Source: an uncultured bacterium (GTDB lineage: Bacteria; Krumholzibacteriota; Krumholzibacteriia; LZORAL124-64-63). From it: a stretch of DNA of 64,000 nucleotides. The stretch lies in NCBI GenBank assembly GCA_963727525.1, contig CAVSGO010000002.1, positions 1 through 64,000 on the forward strand, in the 5' to 3' direction. A program made the translations under genes and the position numbers. Every line of letters begins with the position of its first letter. Position 1 is the first letter of the stretch. Positions 46,827-57,800 of the stretch are shown piece after piece. The notes under the pieces are model-generated. The model saw only the letters and a list, made by a program, of their open reading frames with translations. It ran no database searches and had not been told where the DNA came from.

Positions 46827-48098
46827 ATGGCACGCCTCGATCCCGCCCGCAGACGATTCCTGCGCCAGTCCTTGCGAGCCGCCGCCGTGGCCGCCGGGGC
46901 CGGGTTGCTCTTGCCGGATCCGCTGGGGCTCCTGGCCTGGCTCGAGAATGGCAGGCCCGGCCCGAGCGCGGCGAGGGCCGCCGGCGGCGCGTCCCTCGGT
47001 ACGCTACTACGCCAGGCTCCCGTGGCGCGGTACTGGATCGGCGCGGACGCGGCATCCGCCGACGAATGCACACGATGCCACGCCTCCGCAGAATTGAGGG
47101 GACGCGATCATCACACCCATGCGAACCACACGGTGCGCTGCCTCCTCTGTTCGCACCGCTGCGTCATAGCGACCGGCGAGCGTGGGCGCTGCCGGGCGCG
47201 ATACAACGACGGGGGCGTGCTGCGCAGTCTCGTCTGGGGCCGGCCGATCGCGACCCACGTCGACCCCATCGAGAAGAAGCCGTTCTACCACTTCCTGCCG
47301 GGACGCCAGGCCTTCTCGCTGGCCACGAGCGGTTGTCCACTGCGCTGCAAGTTCTGCCAGAACTGGGAGATCTCCCAGGCCAGCCCCGAGGATTATGCCG
47401 CCGACCTCGTCTCCCCCGCGCGTATCGTGAGCGCGAGCCAGTCGCGCGAGTCGCCGGTGATCGCCTTCACCTACAACGAACCCACCGTCTTCCTGGAATA
47501 CATGGCCGACATCGCCGCGGTTGCGCGCGAAGAAGGGCTACGCTGCGTGCTCGTCTCCTGCGGCTTCATGGCCGCGGAACCGCTGCGGGAGATGCTGGGA
47601 TTCCTCGACGCAGTCAAGGTGGACCTCAAGGGCATCGACCCAGGATTCTACCGCACCGTGTGCGAAGCGGAGCTGGCGCCCGTACAGCGTACGATCGCGG
47701 CGGTCGCGCGTAGCGGTGTGCATCTGGAAGTGGTGAACCTCGTGGTGCCGACTCTGAACGACGCCGAGCGCGACCTCGACGCGCTTGCCGCCTGGCTCGT
47801 CGCCGAGGCTGGGCCCGACGTACCACTGCACTTCACGCGCTTCCATCCCGACTACCAGCTCCGCAACCTGCCGGGCACGCCGGTGGCCACGCTGGAGCGG
47901 GCGCGGGAACTCGCACTGGCTCGTGGTGTGCATCATCCGTATGTCGGTAACGTACCCGGCCATCCCGGCAACCAGACCTACTGTCCCGGCTGCGGCGCGG
48001 TGGTCATCGCGCGCAAGGGGTTCTTCGTGGAGGCCGTGAACCTGCGCGACGGTACCTGTACGCGTTGTGGCCGGACCATCGCGGGAGTGTGGCAATGA
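46827..48098 (+). CDS. amrS: AmmeMemoRadiSam system radical SAM enzyme with Tat-like N-terminus
   Basis: VRCLLCSHRC...GRCRAR, HVDPIEKKPFYHFLPG, GCPLRCKFCQNWEISQ, IAFTYNEP, LHFTRFHPDYQL, YVGNVPG...TYCPGC. Confidence 0.93.
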   Translation: MARLDPARRRFLRQSLRAAAVAAGAGLLLPDPLGLLAWLENGRPGPSAARAAGGASLGTLLRQAPVARYWIGADAASADECTRCHASAELRGRDHHTHANHTVRCLLCSHRCVIATGERGRCRARYNDGGVLRSLVWGRPIATHVDPIEKKPFYHFLPGRQAFSLATSGCPLRCKFCQNWEISQASPEDYAADLVSPARIVSASQSRESPVIAFTYNEPTVFLEYMADIAAVAREEGLRCVLVSCGFMAAEPLREMLGFLDAVKVDLKGIDPGFYRTVCEAELAPVQRTIAAVARSGVHLEVVNLVVPTLNDAERDLDALAAWLVAEAGPDVPLHFTRFHPDYQLRNLPGTPVATLERARELALARGVHHPYVGNVPGHPGNQTYCPGCGAVVIARKGFFVEAVNLRDGTCTRCGRTIAGVWQ

Positions 48099-49615
48099 GC
48101 GCGACGTTGATGCTCGCCGGCATGTGTCTCGCCGCCGTGAGTGGAGGCGGCGGGACGCCGAACCCCGGCGTGCGGCCGGCGGCCATGGCGGGCAAGTTCT
48201 ATCCCGAAGATGCGGCCCACCTGCGCGCGGCGATCGCGGCGTTCATCGACGACGCGGTGCCGCCGCTCGAGCAGCAGCCAGTGGGCCTGCTCGCCCCGCA
48301 TGCCGGATACGTCTACTCGGGACAGATCGCGGCGGATGCCTGGAACCAGGTGCGCGGCTGGCCCTACGATGTCATCGTGCTGCTGGGCACCAATCATACG
48401 ACGACGCCATTCGCGGGGGCCGCGGTGTACACGGGCACGGGGTTTGCCACGCCGCTGGGCGTGGCGCGCGTGGATCGCGATCTCGCCCACGCCCTGCTCG
48501 CGCGCGACGAGGCCTTCCTGGTGCGCCCGCAGGCTCACCCGCGCGAGCATTCGCTCGAGGTGCAGGTGCCGTTCGCGCAGGTGACGCTGCCGAATGTGCC
48601 GATACTGCCGATAGTCGCGGGCACCACTGATCCCGAACTGTGCGCACGGCTCGGCGCCTCGCTCGCCGCCGCGCTGCAGGGCAAACGCGCGTTGATCGTG
48701 GCGAGCAGCGATCTCTCCCACTACCCCACGCATCTCGTGGCAGCGCGCAACGATGCCGCCGTGCTGACCGCGGCGGTGAGCGTCGATCCCGACCAGGTGG
48801 CCACGACGATCGCGCACCTCGAACGCCAGCGCGATCCCGGCGAGGAGACATGTGCCTGCGGCGAGGGCGCGATCATGGTGATGCTCGCCGCGTGCCGCGC
48901 ACTCGGGGCCGCTCAGGGGACGGTGCTGAGCCTCGCCGACAGCGGCGAGACCGCGCTCGGCCAGCCTGATCGGGTCGTGGGCTACGGCGCGCTCGCCGTC
49001 ACGGAAGGTACAGACGCGCCGGATCTCGACGCCCTCGCGATCTCGTTCGCGGCGCCTGAAACCGGCCCGATCGGTGCCGACGATCAGGCCACGTTGCTCA
49101 TGATCGCCCGGCAGACCATCGCGCAGTACCTCGCCAGCGAGACCACGCCACTCGTGCGGAACGTGTCGCCGCGTCTGCGCGCGCGGCAGGGCGCATTCGT
49201 CACGCTGAATGATGCGCGAGACCACCTGCGTGGATGCATCGGCCACATGGCGGACGACCTGCCCCTGGGCCAGGTGGTGGGCGCCATGGCGCTGCAAGCC
49301 GCATGCAACGATCAGCGGTTCCCGGCGGTGACGCCGGGCGAACTGGACGACCTGTCGATCGAGATCTCGGTGCTCACGCCCTTCGTGCGCGTCGGCGGCC
49401 CGCAGGACATCGTGGTGGGGCGCGACGGCGTGGTGCTGCGCCAGGGTGGGCGTTCGGCCGTGTTCCTGCCGCAGGTGGCCACGGAGCAGGGCTGGGATCG
49501 CGACACGCTGCTCACGCAGCTCAGCCGCAAGGCCGGCCTGCCGGGCGACGCCTGGCGCCACAACGACGCCGAGTTCTCCACCTTCCAGGCGCAAGTCTTC
49601 GCCGAGGAGCGCTAG
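48095..49615 (+). CDS. amrB/amrA: AmmeMemoRadiSam protein B (Memo-like) + protein A (AMMECR1) fusion
   Basis: ATGA-coupled; VRPAAMAGKFYP, PHAGYVYSG, EHSLEVQVPF, SSDLSHY; then GAFVTL...LRGCIG, VFLPQVA...KAGL. Confidence 0.92.
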   Translation: MSATLMLAGMCLAAVSGGGGTPNPGVRPAAMAGKFYPEDAAHLRAAIAAFIDDAVPPLEQQPVGLLAPHAGYVYSGQIAADAWNQVRGWPYDVIVLLGTNHTTTPFAGAAVYTGTGFATPLGVARVDRDLAHALLARDEAFLVRPQAHPREHSLEVQVPFAQVTLPNVPILPIVAGTTDPELCARLGASLAAALQGKRALIVASSDLSHYPTHLVAARNDAAVLTAAVSVDPDQVATTIAHLERQRDPGEETCACGEGAIMVMLAACRALGAAQGTVLSLADSGETALGQPDRVVGYGALAVTEGTDAPDLDALAISFAAPETGPIGADDQATLLMIARQTIAQYLASETTPLVRNVSPRLRARQGAFVTLNDARDHLRGCIGHMADDLPLGQVVGAMALQAACNDQRFPAVTPGELDDLSIEISVLTPFVRVGGPQDIVVGRDGVVLRQGGRSAVFLPQVATEQGWDRDTLLTQLSRKAGLPGDAWRHNDAEFSTFQAQVFAEER

Positions 49616-49620
49616 CCCTC

Positions 49621-51720
49621 GTGGTGTCGGCAGCGCGCATCCTCGCGGTCGGTTTGGTCACCCTGCTGGGGCAGGTGGTCCTGCTGCGCGAGATGGGCGT
49701 GGTGGCCTTCGGCAGCGAGCTGGCCTACACCCTGGGCCTGGGCATCTGGCTGGTGGGCGCGGCCATCGGTGCGGGCCGTCGCACGACCAGCACGGGTCCG
49801 GGAGCTGCGTCGGCTCTGGTGGTGGCCGCCGGCTGGGCGGTGGTGCCGGCCGTGGTGCTGGCGCGGGGAATACGCCCGTTATTCGGCGCGGTGACGGGCG
49901 CGGATCTCGACCTCGCGCGACAGTTCGTCGGCCTCGCGCTCGTACTCGGGCCCGTCGGTTTTCTCGGCGGCGCGGCGTTCCGCGCCGTGGCGGCCGCGCG
50001 CGAGGCGCAAGGTGGGCTGCTGGCCCGTACGTACGCGCTGGAAAGCCTGGGCGCCGTGGTGGGAGGCCTCGTGGCCACGCTGTTGCCGGTGCTCGGCGTG
50101 CCCGGCCTGGGAGGTGCCTGGCTCGCGGCGCTGGCCGCGTCACTCGCCTGGCTGCCCGATCGTCGTACGCGCGGTCTCGTGCTGGCCGCAGTGGCGCTGC
50201 TCGGATTCGCGCTGGCACCCATCGCCGACATCGCGCTCACGCGCTGGACCCATCCTGCGTTGCTCGCCACGCGCGACACGCCGTATGGAAGGGTGACGAT
50301 CGATGGTCATGGCGACCAGGTGGCCGTGTTCATCGACGACGCCCTGGCGTACGAGAACCAGGGCACCGTGGCCGAGGAGTACGCCGCCCTCGTCGCGCTG
50401 CAGCGACCGCAACCGGGCAACGTACTCGTCATGGGTGGCTGGGTGGAGGGCCTGGCCGGCGAGATCGACGCCTACCGTCCGCGGCGGGTGGTATCGCTGG
50501 AGATCGACGGCGAACTGCTCGAACTCGCGGCCCCGTACCTGCCCAACCGCCCCGCGCCCGCCGATGTCGTGATCGGCGATCCGCGGCGGATCGTGGCGCG
50601 ACTCGGTCGCTTCGACCTCATCGTGTCCGCACTGCCCGAGCCTTCCACGGGCCAGGCCAATCGCAACACCACCGCCGAGTTCTTCTCACTCTGCGCGGCG
50701 GCCCTCGATAGTGGCGGCGTCTACGCGCTGCGTCTGCACACGGCCGAGAATCTCTGGACACCCCGCCAGGCACACCGCGCGGCAGCGATCGACGCCGCGT
50801 TGCGCACCGTCTTCACCGACGTGCTCGTGCTTCCAGGCACGGAGACGGTGTTCCTGGCGTCACGCGTTCCGCTCCAGCGCGATCCGGCCATACTCGCCAC
50901 GCGCCTGAGGGCCGCGCACCCAGCCACGAGACTCGTCAGTCCCGCCTGGCTCGACTGGCGCTACACCAACGACCGCACGCACCAGGTGGCAGACCTCTTG
51001 CATGACGCGCAGGTCCCTGCGAACCGCGACCGTCGCCCCACGTGCTACGCCGACACGCTGTTGCTCGACCTGGCGCGCTTCTTCCCCGGCCTCGGCTGGC
51101 GGGCGCCGCCGGCGGCGGGTCGCTGGCTCTGGCTCGCGCTCATCGTGCTGCTGGTGCCGGCCGTCCTGGCGCGGCGCAGCGCTGCGGGCCGCCGGACCTG
51201 GCTCGCGGCCTACGCCGGACTCGCCGGGTTGAGTCTGGAAATCGTTCTCATCCTGAACGATCAGACGGTGCGCGGGCTGCTTTACCGCGATCTGGGGCTG
51301 CTGCTCACGCTGTTCATGCTGGGACTGGCCGCGGGAGCGCGCCTCGGCGAGGCCTACGGCCGCCGGCCCGCCTCGCCCTGGCGGCGCCCCGGGCTCGTGG
51401 CCGCGGTGTCGCTGTGGAGCTTCCTGCTGGCTTTCGCTCTGCTGGCCGCGGAGGGCGGCCTCGTGGTAAGCGCCACCGAACTCGTTGTCACGGGTTTGCT
51501 TACGGGTTTGTTATTCGCGGCGGCGGCCGCACGCACGGGCAATCAGGTGGGGGGCGTGTATGCCGCGGACCTGATCGGCGGCGCCATCGGCTGCCTGCTC
51601 ACTTCCCTGTTCCTGGTGCCCTTCGCCGGCTTGCCGGCCGCGTGCGTCGCGGTGGCCGTGCTCGCGTTCGCCGCCGCCATGGCGGTGTGGCCCGGTTCTT
51701 ACGGACCTGGCACGTCGTGA
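49621..51720 (+). CDS. Membrane protein with central spermidine-synthase-like domain
   Basis: About 7 TM + DTPYGR...VLVMGG...SLEID...GDPR...FDLIV..LPEP...TAEFF + about 6 TM, with YALESLG and YAADLIG motifs. Confidence 0.8.
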   Translation: MVSAARILAVGLVTLLGQVVLLREMGVVAFGSELAYTLGLGIWLVGAAIGAGRRTTSTGPGAASALVVAAGWAVVPAVVLARGIRPLFGAVTGADLDLARQFVGLALVLGPVGFLGGAAFRAVAAAREAQGGLLARTYALESLGAVVGGLVATLLPVLGVPGLGGAWLAALAASLAWLPDRRTRGLVLAAVALLGFALAPIADIALTRWTHPALLATRDTPYGRVTIDGHGDQVAVFIDDALAYENQGTVAEEYAALVALQRPQPGNVLVMGGWVEGLAGEIDAYRPRRVVSLEIDGELLELAAPYLPNRPAPADVVIGDPRRIVARLGRFDLIVSALPEPSTGQANRNTTAEFFSLCAAALDSGGVYALRLHTAENLWTPRQAHRAAAIDAALRTVFTDVLVLPGTETVFLASRVPLQRDPAILATRLRAAHPATRLVSPAWLDWRYTNDRTHQVADLLHDAQVPANRDRRPTCYADTLLLDLARFFPGLGWRAPPAAGRWLWLALIVLLVPAVLARRSAAGRRTWLAAYAGLAGLSLEIVLILNDQTVRGLLYRDLGLLLTLFMLGLAAGARLGEAYGRRPASPWRRPGLVAAVSLWSFLLAFALLAAEGGLVVSATELVVTGLLTGLLFAAAAARTGNQVGGVYAADLIGGAIGCLLTSLFLVPFAGLPAACVAVAVLAFAAAMAVWPGSYGPGTS

Positions 51721-51834
51721 CTTGTGCCTAAAGACCTGCCCATAGTCGACCGATCATACGTCTGAGCCAATCTCGATCGAGGATGCCGCAGCGACCGCGA
51801 TGGTGGTCGTCTGCAACGACGTCATATCACAAGG

Positions 51835-54800
51835 ATGCGGATGGTGAAGCGGGCGTTGACGAACCTGGCGATGGCCAATGGCGGGATCCGCCAAATCCCG
51901 ATCATCCTGTGTTGCCTGCTGACGTCGGTCACGTTCGCGCGAGCCGAGGTGGTCACGGGCACCTATGACGGCAATGGTGCGGCGCCGCGCACCGTTGGAG
52001 GCGTCGGCTTCCGCCCGGACGTCGTGATCATCAAGGGCGACAACTCGCAGTCGGCCGTGATCCGCACGTCGGCGATGCCCACGGACCGCACCAAACAGCT
52101 CGCTCAGGATGAGCCTCTCCTCAGTAACCGCATTCTCGACTTCACTGCCGACGGCTTCGTGGTCGGTTCAGACGCCGACGTGAACACGGGCGGCGTGCAA
52201 TACGCCTGGGTGGCGTTCTCGAACGACCCGGGCTCGATGGCCGTGGGGAGCTACCTCGGCATCGGCCTATCAAGCCGCGACGTGACGGGTCTGGGATTCG
52301 CCCCCGCCGTGGTGTTCGTCATCGGCGACAACAACCACCGGCCGCACTGGAAGAGTCTGGCGATGCCGGCCGGCGAGTCGATGGCATTCGACGATGAAGG
52401 GTTGCGTGGCGGCCTGATCACGGACCTCCTGACCGACGGATTCCATGTGGGTACCGACTCGTCTGTCAACGGCTTGTTCACGACCTACTTCTACGTCGCC
52501 TGGGGAGAGAGCCCCGGTAGCCTCGCGGTCGGCACATACGTCGGCAACGGAGCGAACAAGCAGGACGTCCACGGCATGGGTTTCACGCCGGAATGGGCTC
52601 TCGTGAAAGCCGGTGAGGGCCTGCCCGCGGTGCAGAAACCCAAGGCGCTGGGTGGCGACAAGTCGGGCTTCGTGACGCCCGAGGCCTTCTCGAACAACGC
52701 CCTCATGAAGGTCGAGGGCGATGGCATCGAGGTCGGCAACGACTACCGCGTCAACGAGCAGGGTCGCACCTACTACTACCTCGCCATCGAGGACAACCAT
52801 ACCCACCTGTGCGACCTGCAGGTCGGCCTGGCGGCCGATGATTCCACGCCCGCGGTGGGCGAGTCCGTGACCTTCACGGTCGATCTGCTCAACGACGGCC
52901 CCGACGATGCGACCGGCGTCGCATTGACGGTCGTTCTGCCGACAGGGCTCTCGTACGTGAGCAGCGCCCCCGCGGTCGGCACCTACGACGACGTGACCGG
53001 GATCTGGACCGTCGGCGACCTGCACAAGCACGTCGCGACGGAGCTCGCCGTGACCGCGCTGGTTGGCGCTGGCGCCGCCGGTCAGTCGCTGACCGCGACC
53101 GCCGGAGTGTCTGCGCTGGTCGAGAGCGACACCGATGGCAGCAACAACATGGCCGGGGCGAACGTGATCGTGCCGGGAGCGGATCTCGCCGTCACGCTCG
53201 TTGTCGACAACCCGACGCCGAACGAGGGCGAGCAGGTCCACTACACCGCGACCGTCAGCAACATCGGACCGGATGCCACAACCGGCGTGGCGCTCACGAT
53301 GACCTGGCCGGCCGGTCTCTCCTTCAACAGCGCGGCGGCCAGCGTCGGGCACTACAGTTCCGTCACGGGTATCTGGACACTCGGTGACCTGGCCGTGGGC
53401 GGCACCGAGACGCTCGTCATCACGGGCCGCGCCGGCAACGGCACGGCGGGGCAGACCCTGACCACCGCGGTCGCCGTCACCGCGAGCGATCTCGGCGACC
53501 CCGTGAACGCCAATGACGCGGCGAGCGTCGACGTGATCGTGAACGCCACGAGCAGCGACCTCGGGATGCTGCTCGCGGCGGACGACCCGCAACCAGACGT
53601 GGGGCAGACCGTGACCTTCACGGCCACGCTCACGAACGGCGGCCCCGATGACGATTCGGGCGTGGTTGCTTCGTTCACGCTGCCCGCCGGGTTGACGTAC
53701 GCGAGTCACAGCGTCGGCGCGGGCGCCTTCGACCCGGGCACGGGCACCTGGACCGTGGGCGGTCTGGTCGCTGGCGACGCCGTCACGCTCCTGGTCGATG
53801 CCACCGTCGATGCGGGCACCGGCGGGTCGACGCTCACGGCCACCGTGGCTGTCGCCGCTGCCGATCAGCCTGATCCGCAGGCCGCCAATGACACGGCCAG
53901 TACCAGCATCACCGTCACCAGCGCCGACCTCGCCATCACCCTCGGCGTCGACACGCCCAGTCCCAACCCGGGCGATCCGGTCACCTTCACCGTCACCCTG
54001 CACAACAACGGGCCGAGCGCGGCTACCAGCGTCGCGGCGGTGGTGGCGTTGCCACCGGAGTTGACCTTCGTGAGCAGCACCCCGGAGGCGGGCGCGTTCG
54101 ACAGCGGCACCGGCACGTGGTCCCTGCCGGCGATACCGGCCCACGGCACGACGACACTGCAGATCGCCACCAGCGCCGACGGCATGGTCGGCGGCGAGAA
54201 CCTGACGACGACCGCCACCATCACGGGCGCCGACCAGAGCGACCCGGTGACTGCCAACAACACGGTGAGTCTCGTGATCGGCGTCACCAGCGCCGATCTC
54301 GGGCTCGCGATCGCCTTCGACGACACCACGCCCGACGTGGGGCAAACGATCCTCGCCACCATCACCCTGGCCAACGCGGGACCGGACGACGTCACCGGTG
54401 CCGAGGTGGCCATGGCGCTACCGCCGGGGCTGACGCTGGCGGGCAATAATGTCTCGGCCGGCTCTTACGACCAGGCGACCGGAAGCTGGCACGTGGGCGA
54501 TCTCGCCGCAGGCGCCGGCGCCACTCTGGACTTGACGCTGGTGGTCGACGGCGACACCGCCGGCGCCACGCTCGGCATCAGCGCCAACGTCAGCAGTGCC
54601 GACCAGGGTGACCCCGCGGCGGCCAACAACGCTGTGAGCGGGAGCGTCGTCGTCACCGACAGCGATCTCGCCGTGAGCTTCACGGTCGACGACGCGCATC
54701 CCGACGAGGGGAACCATGTCGTCGGTAGGGTGGTCGTGACCAACCTCGGTCCCGACCTCGCCACGGGCGTGACCCTCGACGTGCCGATGCCCGCGGGCCT

Positions 54801-57800
54801 GGTCTTCGACTCGTACCTTGCGGACGACGGCACCTTCGGCGCCGATACCGGTGTCTGGGCCCCCGGCGCCATCGCCACCGGCGACAGCACGTGGCTCGCG
54901 GTGACGGCCGCCGTCGACACGGCCACGGCGGGCACCACGCTCACCTGGGCGGCCGCGGTGTCCGGCGCCACCCAGGGCGACAGCGAGGCGGCCAACGACA
55001 CGGCCAGCGTGGAGATCACGGTCACGGCCGTCGATCTCGCGGTGGGCCTCGGCGTCTCGGACGAGACTCCCGACGAGGGCCAGACGGTGACGTTCACGGT
55101 GAACGTGGCCAACAATGGCCCCGACCCGGCCTCCGGCGTGTCGCTCGACGTCACCATTCCCGCGGGCCTCACCATCACAAACCACTCGGCCGGCGCGGGG
55201 ATCTTCGACGAACTCACGGGACACTGGAACGTCGGCGGCATCGGCGCCCAGACCGGGCAACTCCTTCAGCTCACCGCCGCGGTCGACGCCGGAACGGCGG
55301 GCGATACCCTCATGGTCGCGGCCGCCGTGGCCGGGGTCCAGCAGGCCGATCTCGTCGCGGACAACGACACTGCGAGCGTCTCGCTCGTGGTGAATGCGGC
55401 CGATCTCGGCATCGCGCTCGGATTCAGCGACAGCACGCCAGTCGAGGGACAGACGATCACCGCCGCAGTTGTGGTGTCGAACGCCGGCCCGCAGCCGGCG
55501 ATGGGCATCGGCGCCCTGGTGGGGCTGCCGACCGGCCTCACCTATGCCAGTCACTCGGTGATCAATGGCGCCTTCGATCCCGACACCGGCCTCTGGAACC
55601 TGCCGGCGTTGCCGGTGGGTGGCTCCGCCGCATTGCTGCTCACCGTCACGGTGGATGCCGGTACGGCGGATACCCAGCTCATCTCCACGGCGCAGATCAC
55701 GGCTTCGAGCCAGGGAGACCCCGTTCCGGGAAACAACGCCGTCGCCACGCCGATCACGGTGGCGAACCCGCAGGCGGTGCAGGCCGAGATCCGACCCTTC
55801 AGCCAGACGCGTCGCCGCCTGCTGCCCGGCGGCGCGGTCGACGACGTGCTGCGCCTCGATCTCATCAACCCCTCGACCCAGGCGCTGCCACTGACGTCGG
55901 TCACGTTCACGAATCCGGTCACCGGCGCCGCGAACCAGACGGTCCAGGACGCCGCCTGGAGCGGCCTGGTGCTGTTCCACCGCGAGGCGCAGATCGCGGC
56001 GCCGGTGATCATGGGCGAGGAACCCGCGGCGGCGCAGTCGTTCGTGAACGGCACCACCACGTTCGCCGGACTCGACCTGAATATCGCCGCCGGCGACACG
56101 CTCCACCTGATCCTGCGTGGAGCCGCGTCTCTCGGCGCGCCGGATGCCCTCGAGCTAAGGCCGGAGGTGCAGGATGGCGACGCCTTCACCTTCTCGCGCG
56201 ATATCGCGGTGGAGGGATCCTGGCCCCTGACCGCCAACGGCGAGCTGGCGGTTGATGGCATGACGCGCGCCCAGATCACGGTGCACGAAGTCGCGAGCAC
56301 GGTGCTCCAGCTCGGCTCCATCAACAACGAGTCGATGGATGTGACGATCCCCGGCAACGGCGGCGAAGCCGATCAGCTCACCCGCATCAACGTGGAGAAT
56401 CTGGGCACGGCCGGCCTGATCACCGCCGCGCGCGCCCTGGCGGATGATGGCGATGGCGTCGTCGGTGCCGGCGACGCTCCCATCGCCGATTTGATCTGGA
56501 CCGGCGCCCGCTGGGAAGCCACGGGACTCGCGTGGCCGGTTCCGGCCACGGGTCTGCGCATCCTCGTGACCGTCGACATCGCCGGGGACGCCACCGGCGG
56601 CACGGTGCGCCTGAGCCTGCCGGCGGGCGACGACACGGGCATCGGCATGGCGAGCGGCAACGATGGCCCCATCGACGAGCCGGTGATCTCCAGCAACCAG
56701 ACCGTGAGCACCGTCGACCACGTCGTGGTGTCGACGGAGGCGATCGCGTCGCAGGTACTTGCACCCGGTCAGTCGGCCGTACCCTTGATGCACCTCTGGG
56801 CCACCAACCTGTACAGTGGCGTCGACCAGGAACTCAGGGGGCTGATCGTGCACAGCGACGTGCGCGGCCAGTCCGGTGCAAACCAGGCACAGCTCGATTC
56901 CGTCCTCGCTCAGCTCAACCTGCGTCGCGATGGCAACGGCGATGGCGTGCTCGGAAGCCTCGGCGACGATCCGATCATCGCGCAGGCAACGTTCTCCAAC
57001 GGAGTGGCCACCTTCCAAGGCATCGGCTGGAGCATCCCCGCCGATGGCGAGAGGCATCACCTCTTCCTCACCGGGGCCGTGTCGCTGCATCGCGCGGCCG
57101 ACGGCGACACGATCGCGGTCTCGGTCGCCCAGGGCGGCGACCTCGTATTCGTGCGGCCGGCGGCACTCGTGGGCAGTTGGCCGCTCGACAGCGGCGCACG
57201 CCATCGTGTCGACGGCATGGTGGCCCGTCAGATCGGGACCACCGACGTCCAGCCCGTGACACTCACGGCCGACGACGGGCCCGTGGCCGCGCTCGATGTC
57301 GTCATTCCGAGCAACGGCTATGCGTCCGACACGCTCACGCAACTCAACCTCGTCAACCGCGGCTCCGCCACCACTGCCGACATCGCCGCGCTCCAGCTCT
57401 GGGTCGACGACGGCGACGGCGTCTTCCTGCCCGGCAGCGACGCGATGGTCGCCACCATGGCGGGCGTGGATTCCACCTGGGTGGCGCCCAACCTCGCGCT
57501 CGCGGTGCCGGCCAGCGGACTGCACCTCTTCGCGGGCCTGACCGTGACATCGGCACCGTCCGATTCGGCCACGGTGCGCCTGCGCATCCCCGTGAACGGC
57601 GTGAGCATGGCGTCAGCCAATGACGGCCCCCGCGACGCCGCCGTTCTCAGCAACACCACGTTGCTCATCTCGACCGCACCGCTGCTGGCGAACCTCCAGG
57701 TGGCACCGGCACGCTCCACCGTGGGTCAGACCATCACCGTCACGATGAACGTGACCAACATCAGTGGCGAGGATGTCGCGGGCATCACGCCGTCGGGACT

